Part shown: positions 10,576-20,151 of the stretch, in pieces
Layout: the number at the start of each line of letters is the position of its first letter
Position numbering within the stretch: position 1 is the first letter of the stretch
Virus record (IMG/VR): IMGVR_UViG_3300022833_000008
Direction: 5' to 3' (one strand)
Source of the DNA: an uncultured virus (IMG/VR IMGVR_UViG_3300022833_000008)
Lineage: Duplodnaviria; Heunggongvirae; Uroviricota; Caudoviricetes
Length of the DNA: 64,000 bases
The notes under the pieces: model-generated
Told to the model about the DNA's origin: nothing
Database searches by the model: none
What the model saw: only the letters and a program-made list of their open reading frames with translations
Program-made: the position numbers and the translations under genes

Positions 10576-10737
10576 ATGTTTAATCAAATCACAACTACAG
10601 TCGTAACTGCAGCTATTATGATAAATACTGCCTCAACAATTGTCAAGTTCATAAACTCGCGCAGATCAAATAACCAAGTCAAGGCTTTAGAAGTTAACGT
10701 TATGAAAGACATCACCCCAAAAGAAAATAAGGTTTGA
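10576..10737 (+). CDS. Small hydrophobic hypothetical protein
   Basis: ATG after GGAAGA; N-terminal hydrophobic stretch. Confidence 0.5.
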   Translation: MFNQITTTVVTAAIMINTASTIVKFINSRRSNNQVKALEVNVMKDITPKENKV

Positions 10738-10761
10738 TGTAAAACAGAAAAGAGAGTTGCT

Positions 10762-10974
10762 GTGGAAGAAGAAAATATATTTAACAAACTACGTCGAACT
10801 TTAAATAGAAATAAATCTTCAGAGAGTGTTTTGATAAACGACATACTAGATATAGTAGAAGAAAAACTAGAAGAAAATAACAAAAGTAAAGAGGCAAATT
10901 TAAAAAACTTCTTTAAATTTATTGGAACAGCAGCAGTTGTGATTTGTACAGTTAGCTTGCTAAAAAAGGATTAA
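10762..10974 (+). CDS. Small protein with C-terminal hydrophobic segment
   Basis: FFKFIGTAAVVICTVSLL. Confidence 0.5.
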   Translation: MEEENIFNKLRRTLNRNKSSESVLINDILDIVEEKLEENNKSKEANLKNFFKFIGTAAVVICTVSLLKKD

Positions 10975-10982
10975 TTAGAATA

Positions 10983-11075
10983 ATGAAAGTTACTACTATA
11001 TTTATGATTGTATCATTAGCGGCAGAAGTAATTGTTATGATAAATCAATACAACAAGAAATGGAAGCTGCAGTAA
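10983..11075 (+). CDS. 30-aa hydrophobic peptide (not in ORF track)
   Basis: MKVTTIFMIVSLAAEVIVMINQYNKKWKLQ; AAGGA upstream. Confidence 0.4.
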   Translation: MKVTTIFMIVSLAAEVIVMINQYNKKWKLQ

Positions 11076-11090
11076 TTGTACGGGCTTTGT
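11071..11090 (+). repeat. Motif B copy 2
   Basis: Identical to 10463-10482. Confidence 0.9.
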
Positions 11091-11113
11091 AAACAAAACA
11101 GATAGGAAACACT

Positions 11114-11407
11114 ATGCACAAACTCTTTAGAGGCACTACTCAACGTGAAGCTCAAGAGTTGAGCAAAGATATCCAAACTCGCCTTTTAACACACTGGACA
11201 GACTCTTACGAAAAGGCTTCAATGTACAGCAAGGGCGCTGTTATTGAACTATTGTTTGACGACTTACCACCTAACGTAGACCACTACTCCTCTTGTTGTG
11301 TAGGTGATGTAAAGCACGGCAGTTTTAAACAGTGGGTAATTCCTCGCGCTTACTTTGAAAAAACTATGTCTTGCTTTGTAGAGGAGCATAGCTTAAAAAT
11401 CACTTAA
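11114..11407 (+). CDS. Hypothetical early protein
   Basis: AGGA RBS, 97 aa. Confidence 0.65.
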   Translation: MHKLFRGTTQREAQELSKDIQTRLLTHWTDSYEKASMYSKGAVIELLFDDLPPNVDHYSSCCVGDVKHGSFKQWVIPRAYFEKTMSCFVEEHSLKIT

Positions 11408-11565
11408 AACATAAAGGACAACACCATGCAAGTACTAATATTATTCCCACAACCTCACTGGTGCGATGTTTTAAAGGAAACCGAAGAGTACTACGCAGCC
11501 TGTTGTATGATGGGTGTCAACACACTAATCTCAAAAGATGGTTCAGAAAAGACAAGGAAGAAAAC

Positions 11566-11760
11566 ATGAAATGGTACGTAAAAGAAACTTCCGTAGAAAA
11601 CACTGTTTGTGATTTTGGACCTTTTGAAAAGATTACAGATGCAGCATTTTTTGTGCATACTCATCAGATGCCTTGGAGTGAAGACTTCTTAAGCAAAATT
11701 GAGATTATCAAAGTATCTGATAGTTTTAAGATTAACCCCAACATTTACACAGGAGTATAA
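11566..11760 (+). CDS. Hypothetical protein
   Basis: ATG after AAGGAAG RBS inside ORF 11461..11760. Confidence 0.55.
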   Translation: MKWYVKETSVENTVCDFGPFEKITDAAFFVHTHQMPWSEDFLSKIEIIKVSDSFKINPNIYTGV

Positions 11761-11762
11761 CT

Positions 11763-12224
11763 ATGACTATCAACCTTAAAGAAAATACAACTTACGTAAC
11801 TCGTAGTGGAGAAAAAGTATACATCGCTATCCAAAAGTATGATCGTTTTAGTAGCAATAGCGGTGTTGAGGTAGGAGGCGCTCGCGTTCCTCTGTGGAAG
11901 CAAGATGGAAGGTTCGACTCTTTTCTATCCGAGTCTCTAAACAAGACAGATCACGATATTGTAGCTGAGTTCAAAAATAATGAAAAAATAACCTTAGAAC
12001 TTTCACAACAAGAATGTAAAATTTTACAAAGTATTTTTGGTAGTTTAAGCGGATCTTCAGAGGGACCACGAGGGGATATTGATAAAATCTATAATAAGAT
12101 TGAGAATGCCACAGGTTACAATTTTGAAACAGCAACAGAAGAAAAAATTCTAGATGAAGATCAAGACCACTTAATCGGCTATGACTTGTGCTTAAAAGCT
12201 GGTAAAAATTACTCAAAAGGATAA
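11763..12224 (+). CDS. Hypothetical protein
   Basis: AGGAG RBS; YVTRSGEKV...W..DG....DHDIVAE phage-type domain. Confidence 0.65.
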   Translation: MTINLKENTTYVTRSGEKVYIAIQKYDRFSSNSGVEVGGARVPLWKQDGRFDSFLSESLNKTDHDIVAEFKNNEKITLELSQQECKILQSIFGSLSGSSEGPRGDIDKIYNKIENATGYNFETATEEKILDEDQDHLIGYDLCLKAGKNYSKG

Positions 12225-12229
12225 ATACT

Positions 12230-12589
12230 ATGACACGTCAAGAAATGTTCTCAAAAGCCGTATCTGGTGTAATTGCTCAAGGTGGTCCTTCTAGGACTAA
12301 AGAAATTTGTCTTTATCGTGGACCTACTGGCCGTAAGTGTGGTATCGGTCACTTAATTGAAGACAAAGACTACTTAAAAGAAATGGATGACCATGAAGTA
12401 AACGGTGGTTCTGATGTCTCAAATCTTTATGGAAGAGATGTTTTACCCAGTTACTTAGGGAGTAATCTCCAGTTTCTAGTATCATTGCAATGCTTACATG
12501 ATGGAATGGAGCTAGACTCAGACCTACCTCTTTTTATAGAACGTTGTGAAAGGTACGCTAAAAATAACGACTTAAAAATGCCAACATAA
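12230..12589 (+). CDS. Hypothetical conserved phage protein
   Basis: QG..S....CLYRGP.GRKCGIGHLI...LQ..HD pattern. Confidence 0.65.
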   Translation: MTRQEMFSKAVSGVIAQGGPSRTKEICLYRGPTGRKCGIGHLIEDKDYLKEMDDHEVNGGSDVSNLYGRDVLPSYLGSNLQFLVSLQCLHDGMELDSDLPLFIERCERYAKNNDLKMPT

Positions 12590-12605
12590 AACAGGAGTAT
12601 AACTT

Positions 12606-12995
12606 ATGATTACCGCAGCAGCAGCACTATGTCTTTCTTTAAATGTTTTCTTTGAAGCAAGAAACGAACCTTTAATGGGCCAACTCGCAGTCATAGAAGT
12701 GACAATGAACCGAGTAATTTCTAACAAATATCCAGACAAAGTGTGTGCTGTTGTTTTCCAAGACTCTCAATTCTCTTGGACAAATGACGGTAAACATGAC
12801 GACCCAACACGTATGTCTTATCTTGATCAGTTAGCTTGGGAACACTCTCAAGCTGTTGTTGAAAGCTACGTATCAGGAAACATTGACATGCCTTCTTCCG
12901 GTGCTATTATGTATCACGCAGACTACGTAAGCCCATACTGGACTTCTAGCTATGATATTGTAGCTATTGTCGGAACTCACATCTTTTACAAATAA
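12606..12995 (+). CDS. Cell wall hydrolase (SleB/Hydrolase_2 family)
   Basis: CLSLNVFFEARNEPLMGQLAV..V..NRV...YP..VC.VV.Q..QFSW and GTHIFY. Confidence 0.9.
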   Translation: MITAAAALCLSLNVFFEARNEPLMGQLAVIEVTMNRVISNKYPDKVCAVVFQDSQFSWTNDGKHDDPTRMSYLDQLAWEHSQAVVESYVSGNIDMPSSGAIMYHADYVSPYWTSSYDIVAIVGTHIFYK

Positions 12996-13010
12996 TCTAA
13001 GGATAACTAA

Positions 13011-13757
13011 ATGACTAATTTCAAAGTAGGCGACAAGGTAAAGATCATTGGTAATAGCAATTATAGTGATAATAAAGTAGGAGACATCGGAGTAATTAAG
13101 AGTAACGAGAGTGTCTCAGGTTGTTGGCGTGTTTTTGTAAAAAATGGAACGGATTGTTCTATCTGGACACAGCCAAGTGACATGGAACTAATTGAAGCTT
13201 TCAAAGTAGGCGACAAAGTTAAAATCATTGGTAATGTAGCTCTTAGCTGTAACAAAATAGGGGACGTCGGTATTATTACGTATAATCACGGAGACCAGTT
13301 AGCAGTACAAGTATCAGGAGGTAAAGACTTTGGAAACTGGTCTTGCAATTTTGATCTAGAACTAGTTACAGAAGACGTTCCGACTGGTTACAGGGGTCTC
13401 CCAAAAAATATGAACTTGAAGACTGGAGATGTTGTCAAAGGTCTTACCAATTACTACACCATTAAAAATGAATCAGTCGGAGATTTTAAGATTGAACGCT
13501 GTGGTTGTGCTTACACACTAATATCACGTGCTAACACAGAAGATAACCCTTGGCTCATTTTAACAGATAGAGATGCTGTTTGTAGTTATACAAATGATAT
13601 TGCTTGTTTCAATGGGATTGACGTTGCATATCGTAAGAAAGCTCCTGTTTATGAAGTTGTTGATTTACGTATTTACTCTGACGACCTTCCAATGCAACCC
13701 GCAACAGTAAGGACAAAAGACGGTAATCCAGATTGGGAAACCTTAAAAAAGTCTTAA
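13011..13757 (+). CDS. Hypothetical protein with tandem FKVGDKV (KOW/SH3-like) repeats
   Basis: FKVGDKVKIIGN twice, 60 codons apart. Confidence 0.7.
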   Translation: MTNFKVGDKVKIIGNSNYSDNKVGDIGVIKSNESVSGCWRVFVKNGTDCSIWTQPSDMELIEAFKVGDKVKIIGNVALSCNKIGDVGIITYNHGDQLAVQVSGGKDFGNWSCNFDLELVTEDVPTGYRGLPKNMNLKTGDVVKGLTNYYTIKNESVGDFKIERCGCAYTLISRANTEDNPWLILTDRDAVCSYTNDIACFNGIDVAYRKKAPVYEVVDLRIYSDDLPMQPATVRTKDGNPDWETLKKS

Positions 13758-13777
13758 AAATAACTGAGAAATTATCC

Positions 13778-13791
13778 CCCTCTATAATGAA
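13778..13791 (+). promoter_or_regulatory. Putative early promoter (CCCTCTATAATGAA)
   Basis: Second exact copy, intergenic, just before an RBS. Confidence 0.6.
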
Positions 13792-13812
13792 ATAAACAAA
13801 GGAATAAAAACT

Positions 13813-14031
13813 ATGGAAACTCTTATTATTATTGCAGTCTTGGCATTCACATGTTGGGTTGTATACATTATGTCTGAAGCTCGCGGTCGTAACGCAGCAG
13901 GTTGGACTATCGCAGCTTTGTTAGTTAGCCCACTACTTGTAATGTTGATTCTTCTCGTAATCGGAAAAACTGAAGAAAAAGTAGACGAAGAATTTAAAGA
14001 ACAGTTAAGTAAAATGAAGTCGCGATTGTAG
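13813..14031 (+). CDS. Small two-TM membrane protein (superinfection-immunity-like topology)
   Basis: Two hydrophobic helices, ARGRN..GW motif. Confidence 0.6.
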   Translation: METLIIIAVLAFTCWVVYIMSEARGRNAAGWTIAALLVSPLLVMLILLVIGKTEEKVDEEFKEQLSKMKSRL

Positions 14032-14061
14032 AAAAAAAAACTAAACTTAGAAAGGTGTGTT

Positions 14062-14259
14062 ATGACAATTGCTAAAAGAGGTACTCCTGAATACCTAGAA
14101 GAAATCAAGTTTTCTAATCTTGTGAAAGACATTGATAAACAGTGGTCTCATACTTACGTTGACAATAGTGTTGAAAAGTCAATTGAAGAGATTTTTGCAG
14201 AACTTAAAGCTATCGGCGATAACGCCAAAACAACCAATAAGGAAGACTTTTATGACTAA
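14062..14259 (+). CDS. Hypothetical protein
   Basis: AAGG RBS, 65 aa. Confidence 0.55.
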   Translation: MTIAKRGTPEYLEEIKFSNLVKDIDKQWSHTYVDNSVEKSIEEIFAELKAIGDNAKTTNKEDFYD

Positions 14260-14494
14260 TTTTGTACGCCGGAACTTCCCAACAGCAAAAGAACTTTCCA
14301 AGGGTGCTAACTATTCACTTCTTCAAAACCGCCCTTATGGAAAACGTATTCACTCAGATCGTCTTCAAGCAGTCGGTATGATTCTTGCTGGCAAATCTAT
14401 TCAAGAAGTAGCAGTAGAGTTTAACTGCTGTAAACTATCGGTTCGTAATTGGGTTAAAACCTTCTCGGATAACACACCTCGACTAGACGGATAA
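14252..14494 (+). CDS. Helix-turn-helix DNA-binding protein
   Basis: GKSIQEVAVEFNCCKLSVRNWVKTF HTH pattern; ATG after AAGGAAG. Confidence 0.7.
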   Translation: MTNFVRRNFPTAKELSKGANYSLLQNRPYGKRIHSDRLQAVGMILAGKSIQEVAVEFNCCKLSVRNWVKTFSDNTPRLDG

Positions 14495-14501
14495 ACTAAT
14501 T

Positions 14502-14541
14502 AAAACAACTTTTTGGCTTTTTAGTCAGGAGGTTGTTTTTT
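14502..14541 (+). terminator. Intrinsic terminator
   Basis: AAAACAACTTTTTGGCT-TTTT-AGTCAGGAGGTTGTTTT with G.U pairs, followed by T runs. Confidence 0.65.
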
Positions 14542-14669
14542 CAATACTATTTTTTTTTTTCAAAAACAAGAAAAAGATAAAAATTCTTGTAACAATAATA
14601 AATGTTACTGTCCAACAATTAAGTAGAGTACTAATTGGTACCCAGTCTACAATTATAAATGGAGTAACT

Positions 14670-17006
14670 ATGAACGTAATGCAAGAACTTTGCAAAAACC
14701 TTGATTACCAAAAATCAAAACTTATGAAAACAAACAAACCAAGTGAGGTAGATACAAGAAACAAAGCTTGGATCCTTTATCAATTTGATCCAAAAGAACT
14801 CATCACTCTAACCTACGGGCATGTTCTTACGAACTTAGAACGACAAAGTGAGTTAGCTAACACCTTATCAAGTGTTGGTGGTGCTATGTTTAGGAACCTA
14901 CGTAAAAGAGTAAAGGTGCTTGAACGAGAAAGTGTTAATGATGATAACACAGAACTCAAAGAGTTAAGGTTTTTTATTGGAACTCATAATAAACTAGGTC
15001 TACCTAACTGCAAGTTAAAACTAGAAGAAGAATCAAACAAAGTAGAAATCAAAGAAGTGCATCTTGCATGGTTTTTGTTTCAATCTTATCTTGATTTAGA
15101 AATACTATCGTTACGTCTAAAAGTAGGTAGTAACAAAGGAGGGCGAAAGAAAAAGCACACTTCCTATCATGTAAATGTAAAAAACATTGAAGCACTTCAT
15201 TCTATTATGGAAACAATCGACATTGATAGTGTTGAGTTATTTCCAATGCGTAGTAAGCCAGATCACTGGGAAAGTGGAAAGTTCTTTCACAACACTGGTT
15301 TCCCGATTATCAAGAAAAAACCTCATCAAGACGCAATCAAGAAAGTAAAACAAGGTCAGATGGATTACGTCGTAAAAGCTTTAAATAAGCTAGGTGATGT
15401 GGGTTGGAGGATCAATCCTTTTATTTTTGATGTGTTTAAGAAGGCAAAGACACACCAAGGTAAAACACCTTTTAAAGCTATGAAAGAAGTTGATCCAGAA
15501 AAGAAAGCTTCTTTGTTAATTGAGCTTGCTGCTATTGAAAGGTTAGCAGAAAGAAATCAGTTTGATCCTTTCTACCACTTGTACAACTGCGACTTTCGCG
15601 GTAGAATTTACCCTAACACTGCTTTCTTGCACGAACAATCTTCTGACAACGCAAAAGGTTTACTCTTGTTAGATGAAAGTGTGCCGCTAGGTGAAGATGG
15701 TATGTTCTGGCTTACAGTTCACACCGCTAACATGCTAGGTAACGACAAGGTTACTCTAGCTGATCGTTCAGAGTTTGTAATAGAAAACTGGTCCACGTAT
15801 TTAGGCTATGTAGAAGATCCTCTTGAGAATGATGGTTGGATGGACGCAGACAAACCTTTGTGCTTCTTGGCTTGCTGTTACGAACTTTCGCTAATAAATG
15901 TCTGGGTAAACGACAAAGGATTAAACATAGAGGACTTCCCTTCTAACCTGCCGATCTACATCGACGGTAGCAATAACGGCGTTCAGCACCTAGCCGCCAT
16001 GTCTAAAGATGAAAATGTAGCTCCGCTTGTGAATTTAGTACCTCAAGGGCTTCCAGGCGATGTTTACATGTTTATTGCAGATAAGGTAATTGAAGTAGTT
16101 GCTGAAAAAGCAAAAGAGACACCAAAGAAAGTATCAGACCAGTTTGATAAGGTTTTTAAAACGTTAGTAAGTTTAAAACTAGAAATATCTAAAGTTAGCA
16201 GTAATAGTAAATCTGAACTTTACCGTAACGCAGTAGCTCGCCTAAGAGAATACAAAAACCAAACTTACGACCTAAAAAAACAAATGGGCGCTGTCTTCTG
16301 GCATAACGTAAAAGACCGTAAAATCTGGCGTAAAGGTGTAAAAAGACCCGTTATGACACTCGGTTATGGCGGCACTCAACACGGTATGGTAGATATGGTA
16401 GAAGACGACACCCGTGATCTTTCTGATTACTTGCGTGATAAGGACTACTCTTGGTCGGTTTTCTTGGGCCACTTAATCTACAGCACTTGTAAGAAAGAAC
16501 TAAAAGGGCCATCAGACATGTTAGAAATGTTTGAAAAGCTCGGTGTATCTGAAAATCAGAAAGGTAAGCATGTATCTTATGATCAGGTTATAACAGGTTT
16601 CCCTATGGTACAACTCTATGTAGAGACTAAGACAAAACAGGTAGAGCTGTATCGCGGTGAAAGCATGTACCGCATTAGTGTAAGTTTAAGGAAAACAGAA
16701 GAATTAAACAAGGTTAAACAAAAGCAATCAACTGCTCCAAATGTTGTACACAGTGTCGATGCTGTTCACGTAACTATGGTTGTACACGATTCTGATTATC
16801 AAGTTACAGTTGTACACGACTCTTTCGGTTGCCATGCTGGTAACATGAACCACTTGTTTATGAATGTTAGATACAAGTTCGTTGAGCTTTACGAACAAGA
16901 ACCCTTAGAGCATATCTTTAGTCAGATGGACGCTCTTCATTTAATCCCAGAGAAAGGAAACCTAGATGTTTCTAAAGTCATTGAATCAGATTTCGCCTTT
17001 GCTTGA
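14670..17006 (+). CDS. Single-subunit DNA-directed RNA polymerase (T7/T3 family)
   Basis: DFRGRIY, IDGSNNGVQH (motif A), RKGVKRPVMTLGYG (motif B), APNVVHSVDA, VHDSFG (motif C). Confidence 0.97.
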   Translation: MNVMQELCKNLDYQKSKLMKTNKPSEVDTRNKAWILYQFDPKELITLTYGHVLTNLERQSELANTLSSVGGAMFRNLRKRVKVLERESVNDDNTELKELRFFIGTHNKLGLPNCKLKLEEESNKVEIKEVHLAWFLFQSYLDLEILSLRLKVGSNKGGRKKKHTSYHVNVKNIEALHSIMETIDIDSVELFPMRSKPDHWESGKFFHNTGFPIIKKKPHQDAIKKVKQGQMDYVVKALNKLGDVGWRINPFIFDVFKKAKTHQGKTPFKAMKEVDPEKKASLLIELAAIERLAERNQFDPFYHLYNCDFRGRIYPNTAFLHEQSSDNAKGLLLLDESVPLGEDGMFWLTVHTANMLGNDKVTLADRSEFVIENWSTYLGYVEDPLENDGWMDADKPLCFLACCYELSLINVWVNDKGLNIEDFPSNLPIYIDGSNNGVQHLAAMSKDENVAPLVNLVPQGLPGDVYMFIADKVIEVVAEKAKETPKKVSDQFDKVFKTLVSLKLEISKVSSNSKSELYRNAVARLREYKNQTYDLKKQMGAVFWHNVKDRKIWRKGVKRPVMTLGYGGTQHGMVDMVEDDTRDLSDYLRDKDYSWSVFLGHLIYSTCKKELKGPSDMLEMFEKLGVSENQKGKHVSYDQVITGFPMVQLYVETKTKQVELYRGESMYRISVSLRKTEELNKVKQKQSTAPNVVHSVDAVHVTMVVHDSDYQVTVVHDSFGCHAGNMNHLFMNVRYKFVELYEQEPLEHIFSQMDALHLIPEKGNLDVSKVIESDFAFA

Positions 17007-17223
17007 AGAAGATATTGAGGTAAAAGTACACTATGAAGGTGAAGTTAACAAAGCTAAAGTGATAGGGGTACTTCTAGGAGACCAAGGTTTCGAAGGAGTG
17101 TGCGCTATGGTTTCAACAAATGAAACTGAATTTTATGCAGAGCTTTACGAAAAAGATTACGGAGACTATTTAGTAGAAATTACTGACGAGCAATACCAAA
17201 AGTACCTTGATTATAAGGACTAA
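16966..17223 (+). CDS. Hypothetical acidic protein
   Basis: ORF overlapping the RNAP end; start uncertain. Confidence 0.5.
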   Translation: MFLKSLNQISPLLEEDIEVKVHYEGEVNKAKVIGVLLGDQGFEGVCAMVSTNETEFYAELYEKDYGDYLVEITDEQYQKYLDYKD

Positions 17224-17243
17224 AAATACCCGCAAATAATGAT
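17224..17243 (+). promoter_or_regulatory. Putative phage RNAP promoter, motif A (AAATACCCGCAAATAATGAT)
   Basis: One of five exact intergenic copies; upstream of SSB. Confidence 0.85.
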
Positions 17244-17302
17244 TATAAGTGTTCAATTCCGATCACATAATCCAAACACAAAACCTATTAGGAAGAAATA
17301 AC

Positions 17303-17854
17303 ATGGCTGATAACGCAACAATCGTACTTATGGACGTAGAAATTTACTTTGCTAAACTGGACCCTGAGCGCCCTAACTCTCGTTTTGACAAAGATCGCCC
17401 CACTTGGGAAATTCAAATCCGAACTAAAGACAAGGCAGTTGCTAAAGATTGGAAAGCAAAAGATCTTCGTGTAACTACAGACGATAACGATGACGGTGTA
17501 TTTTATCGTGTTAACTTGAAAAAGCGATCTAAGAAGGCAGATGGTACTAATACTAAACCTGTTAATGTGGTTGCTGGTGATCTTTCGCCTATTGACCCAA
17601 AAACAATTGGTAATGGTTCTCGTGGCAATCTGTCAATTTTTCAGTATGATTACAAAGTAAATAATAAAGAAGGTCGGGCATCCATGTTAATGGGTATCCA
17701 AGTTACACTTCATAATGAATATACTCCAAAACCTATGGACGGTGGTTTTGCCCCTACTGAATATAAAGTCAATAAGATTGAAGATAATCACGATGCCGAC
17801 GACGACATGGTATCGGGTAAGAACGACGACCTTGACGACGACATTAACTTTTAA
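17303..17854 (+). CDS. Single-stranded DNA-binding protein (T7 gp2.5-like)
   Basis: IGNGSRG...GIQV pattern, acidic C-terminal tail ending in Phe. Confidence 0.8.
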   Translation: MADNATIVLMDVEIYFAKLDPERPNSRFDKDRPTWEIQIRTKDKAVAKDWKAKDLRVTTDDNDDGVFYRVNLKKRSKKADGTNTKPVNVVAGDLSPIDPKTIGNGSRGNLSIFQYDYKVNNKEGRASMLMGIQVTLHNEYTPKPMDGGFAPTEYKVNKIEDNHDADDDMVSGKNDDLDDDINF

Positions 17855-17882
17855 ACGTCTTGAACTGCAATTCTAAAATTAC

Positions 17883-17911
17883 GGTCATCCTTTAGCTAGG
17901 GTGACCTTTTT
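17883..17911 (+). terminator. Intrinsic terminator
   Basis: GGTCATCCT-TTAGCT-AGGGTGACC + TTTTTT. Confidence 0.8.
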
Positions 17912-17929
17912 ACCAAATTGGAGAGTATT

Positions 17930-18313
17930 ATGAATATCGAAGGTCTAATGAGAACTGCTTACAATCACAAAGAGCCTAGTAATCTTTACATTCTTTATTG
18001 GATAAGCGTACCTCAACACCATAACACACATCAAGGTTATGTTGGAGTCACTGGGCTAACTGAAGTAGGGTTAGGCATGAGGTATATGGTTGAGCTAGAC
18101 GAAGTGAAAAGAGGAAAAAGAACCTCAAGAACAGTTCACAAAAATATGTTATACTATCAAAAAAGTGTTACAATCTCAATCATTGGTAAAAATCTTACTC
18201 GTGAGCAAGCTTATTTGTTAGAAAATGTTTTGCGACCTAATGATAATACAGGTACAGATTTCAATAGTTATAACTGGAACGAAGTAAAAGGCGGGAAAAC
18301 CCTAAATGTATAA
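17930..18313 (+). CDS. Possible GIY-YIG-like nuclease
   Basis: YILYW...GYVGVT...R...E...N spacing resembles GIY-YIG. Confidence 0.4.
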   Translation: MNIEGLMRTAYNHKEPSNLYILYWISVPQHHNTHQGYVGVTGLTEVGLGMRYMVELDEVKRGKRTSRTVHKNMLYYQKSVTISIIGKNLTREQAYLLENVLRPNDNTGTDFNSYNWNEVKGGKTLNV

Positions 18314-18869
18314 GAATGATGTAAAAGAAATTCAACAATATGTACAAAAAGAAGGTCCATCTGCTCTTGCTGAAGTGGCCTATTGTGTTATCGGTTCTAT
18401 CAGAACTAAATTCTATCACTTAGACACAATTACAAAGAGTATTAAAGAAGAAGGGGCTGCTTCTAAGCACATCTGGGGGCATAAGAACGATGCTTATGAT
18501 GCAATCCAAGCTAACAAATACCATTGGTATAACAGCCTAGTTTCAAACAAAATGGAAGTAAGCGATGCGATTACTCTTATAGCAAAAACTAAAGGTATTG
18601 GTCTTGCCAAATCAGGTTTTCTATTACAAATGTTAGGCTACAATTGTGCATGTTTAGACGTACACAATCTCAATCGTTTAGGCATTTCTAGCTCCTACTT
18701 TTCTAATTCTAAACGTACAGCAGAATATGTTGATCTTGTACAAAAAGAAGGTTCAGAGTATTGGTGGGATACTTGGTGTCAGTTCATCTTTGAAAAAGAC
18801 AAAGGCAAACACTTTAACACTGTTGAAGAAGTTTCTAAGTTTCACGTAACAGCTATCAAAGGGAAGTAA
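18306..18869 (+). CDS. HhH-superfamily DNA glycosylase-like protein
   Basis: TKGIGLAKSGFLLQMLG...CLDVHNL helix-hairpin-helix plus Asp. Confidence 0.6.
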   Translation: MYKNDVKEIQQYVQKEGPSALAEVAYCVIGSIRTKFYHLDTITKSIKEEGAASKHIWGHKNDAYDAIQANKYHWYNSLVSNKMEVSDAITLIAKTKGIGLAKSGFLLQMLGYNCACLDVHNLNRLGISSSYFSNSKRTAEYVDLVQKEGSEYWWDTWCQFIFEKDKGKHFNTVEEVSKFHVTAIKGK

Positions 18870-18871
18870 AC

Positions 18872-19144
18872 ATGAAAACTACTAACACAAACGGTATTTA
18901 CACAAAAGAACGTGAATGCAATCCTTTCAAGTACGATATTTATAACAAAGACACTGGGGAAGTGTATTTCTCTGGCCATACAGCTATCCTCAGTATCAAA
19001 GGTGTACGTGAAAACAAACACGATGAGATCTATCGCAGCTGCCACAAGACTCGCTACCCCTCTTCAAAACCGAATAAGAAGCTTGCTTTGTTGGGTGCAG
19101 CAGTAGAAGCTAAAGAAAACTTGTGGATTAGGAAGGTGTTGTAA
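18872..19144 (+). CDS. Hypothetical protein
   Basis: 90-aa ORF in operon. Confidence 0.55.
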   Translation: MKTTNTNGIYTKERECNPFKYDIYNKDTGEVYFSGHTAILSIKGVRENKHDEIYRSCHKTRYPSSKPNKKLALLGAAVEAKENLWIRKVL

Positions 19145-19587
19145 TGGCAGATCTACTTAACGGTGTTTACTTGGCTGGCCCTATGGCTGGCCTATCTTCA
19201 GCAGAAATGAAAGGCTGGAGAAATCGCGCAAGAATCGACCTTATTGCAGCAGATATTATGTCTTTAGACCCAGCGCGAAGAGTCACTTACCATCAACAAG
19301 TTTTAGACGATAAAGGTCACGAACTAAATATTTCTAAGAGAATTTTCAAACAAGACCTTCGAGATATTTCTGTCTGTGATGCTATGTTGGTTGATATGAG
19401 ACATCACGAAAAAGCCAAGGGGCAAGGTACTGCAGCAGAAGTAATGTTTGCTCATACCGAAAATAAAATCATTATTATGTTTAAACGACCAAGTGATGAT
19501 CTAAATCCTTTTATGGCCGCTATGGCTACTGAAGTACACAACTCACTAGATGATGCGATCTACGCAATTATGGAGTATACCACATGA
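19144..19587 (+). CDS. Nucleoside 2-deoxyribosyltransferase / nucleotide N-hydrolase family protein
   Basis: VYLAGPM...WR...DLRDISVCD...GTAAEV.FA. Confidence 0.85.
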   Translation: MADLLNGVYLAGPMAGLSSAEMKGWRNRARIDLIAADIMSLDPARRVTYHQQVLDDKGHELNISKRIFKQDLRDISVCDAMLVDMRHHEKAKGQGTAAEVMFAHTENKIIIMFKRPSDDLNPFMAAMATEVHNSLDDAIYAIMEYTT

Positions 19588-20117
19588 ACGAAACTACCTT
19601 TAAAGCTTGGCCTAAAATCAACCGTCCAAAAAACAACACCATCACTATCACAGAGAAAATTGATGGTACTAATGCTTGTGTTATCGTCGAAAATGGTGAG
19701 ATTATTGGGGTACAGTCCCGAAACCGTATGATCAAGGTTGGTGATGATAATATGGGGTTTGCTAGTTTTGTCGATACTAATAAAAAAGATATTGTTAATC
19801 TTGGAGACGGCTACCACTACGGTGAATGGGCTGGCCCCGATATTCAAAAGAACCCACATAAGCTCGAAGTAAAAACTTTCTTTCTTTTTAATGTATTTCG
19901 ACCTCAAGAATCACTACCCGATTGTGTAAAGGTGGTTCCTATGCTTTACCACGGACCTAGTAGTGAAAAAGAGATTAACGCTACGTATTGTGATTTGTGG
20001 GAAAGTGCAGCAGCAGAAAACTACACACCTGAAGGTTTAATTGTTTACTATCACGAAAGTAAGTCTTATCTCAAGTACACTTATGCAAATAAGGAAGGTA
20101 AGTGGAATTACGAGTAA
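19584..20117 (+). CDS. RNA ligase (Rnl2-like adenylation domain only)
   Basis: TEKIDGTNA motif I, QSRNR, YGEW.G..IQKN, PEGLIV. Confidence 0.85.
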   Translation: MNETTFKAWPKINRPKNNTITITEKIDGTNACVIVENGEIIGVQSRNRMIKVGDDNMGFASFVDTNKKDIVNLGDGYHYGEWAGPDIQKNPHKLEVKTFFLFNVFRPQESLPDCVKVVPMLYHGPSSEKEINATYCDLWESAAAENYTPEGLIVYYHESKSYLKYTYANKEGKWNYE

Positions 20118-20151
20118 GCTTGTTTTATAAATTAATTGTTGGAGAATATCT

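Noticed and set aside
14530..14560. Poly-T tracts as phase-variation sites
   Set aside because: Intergenic and directly after a hairpin; consistent with a terminator tail
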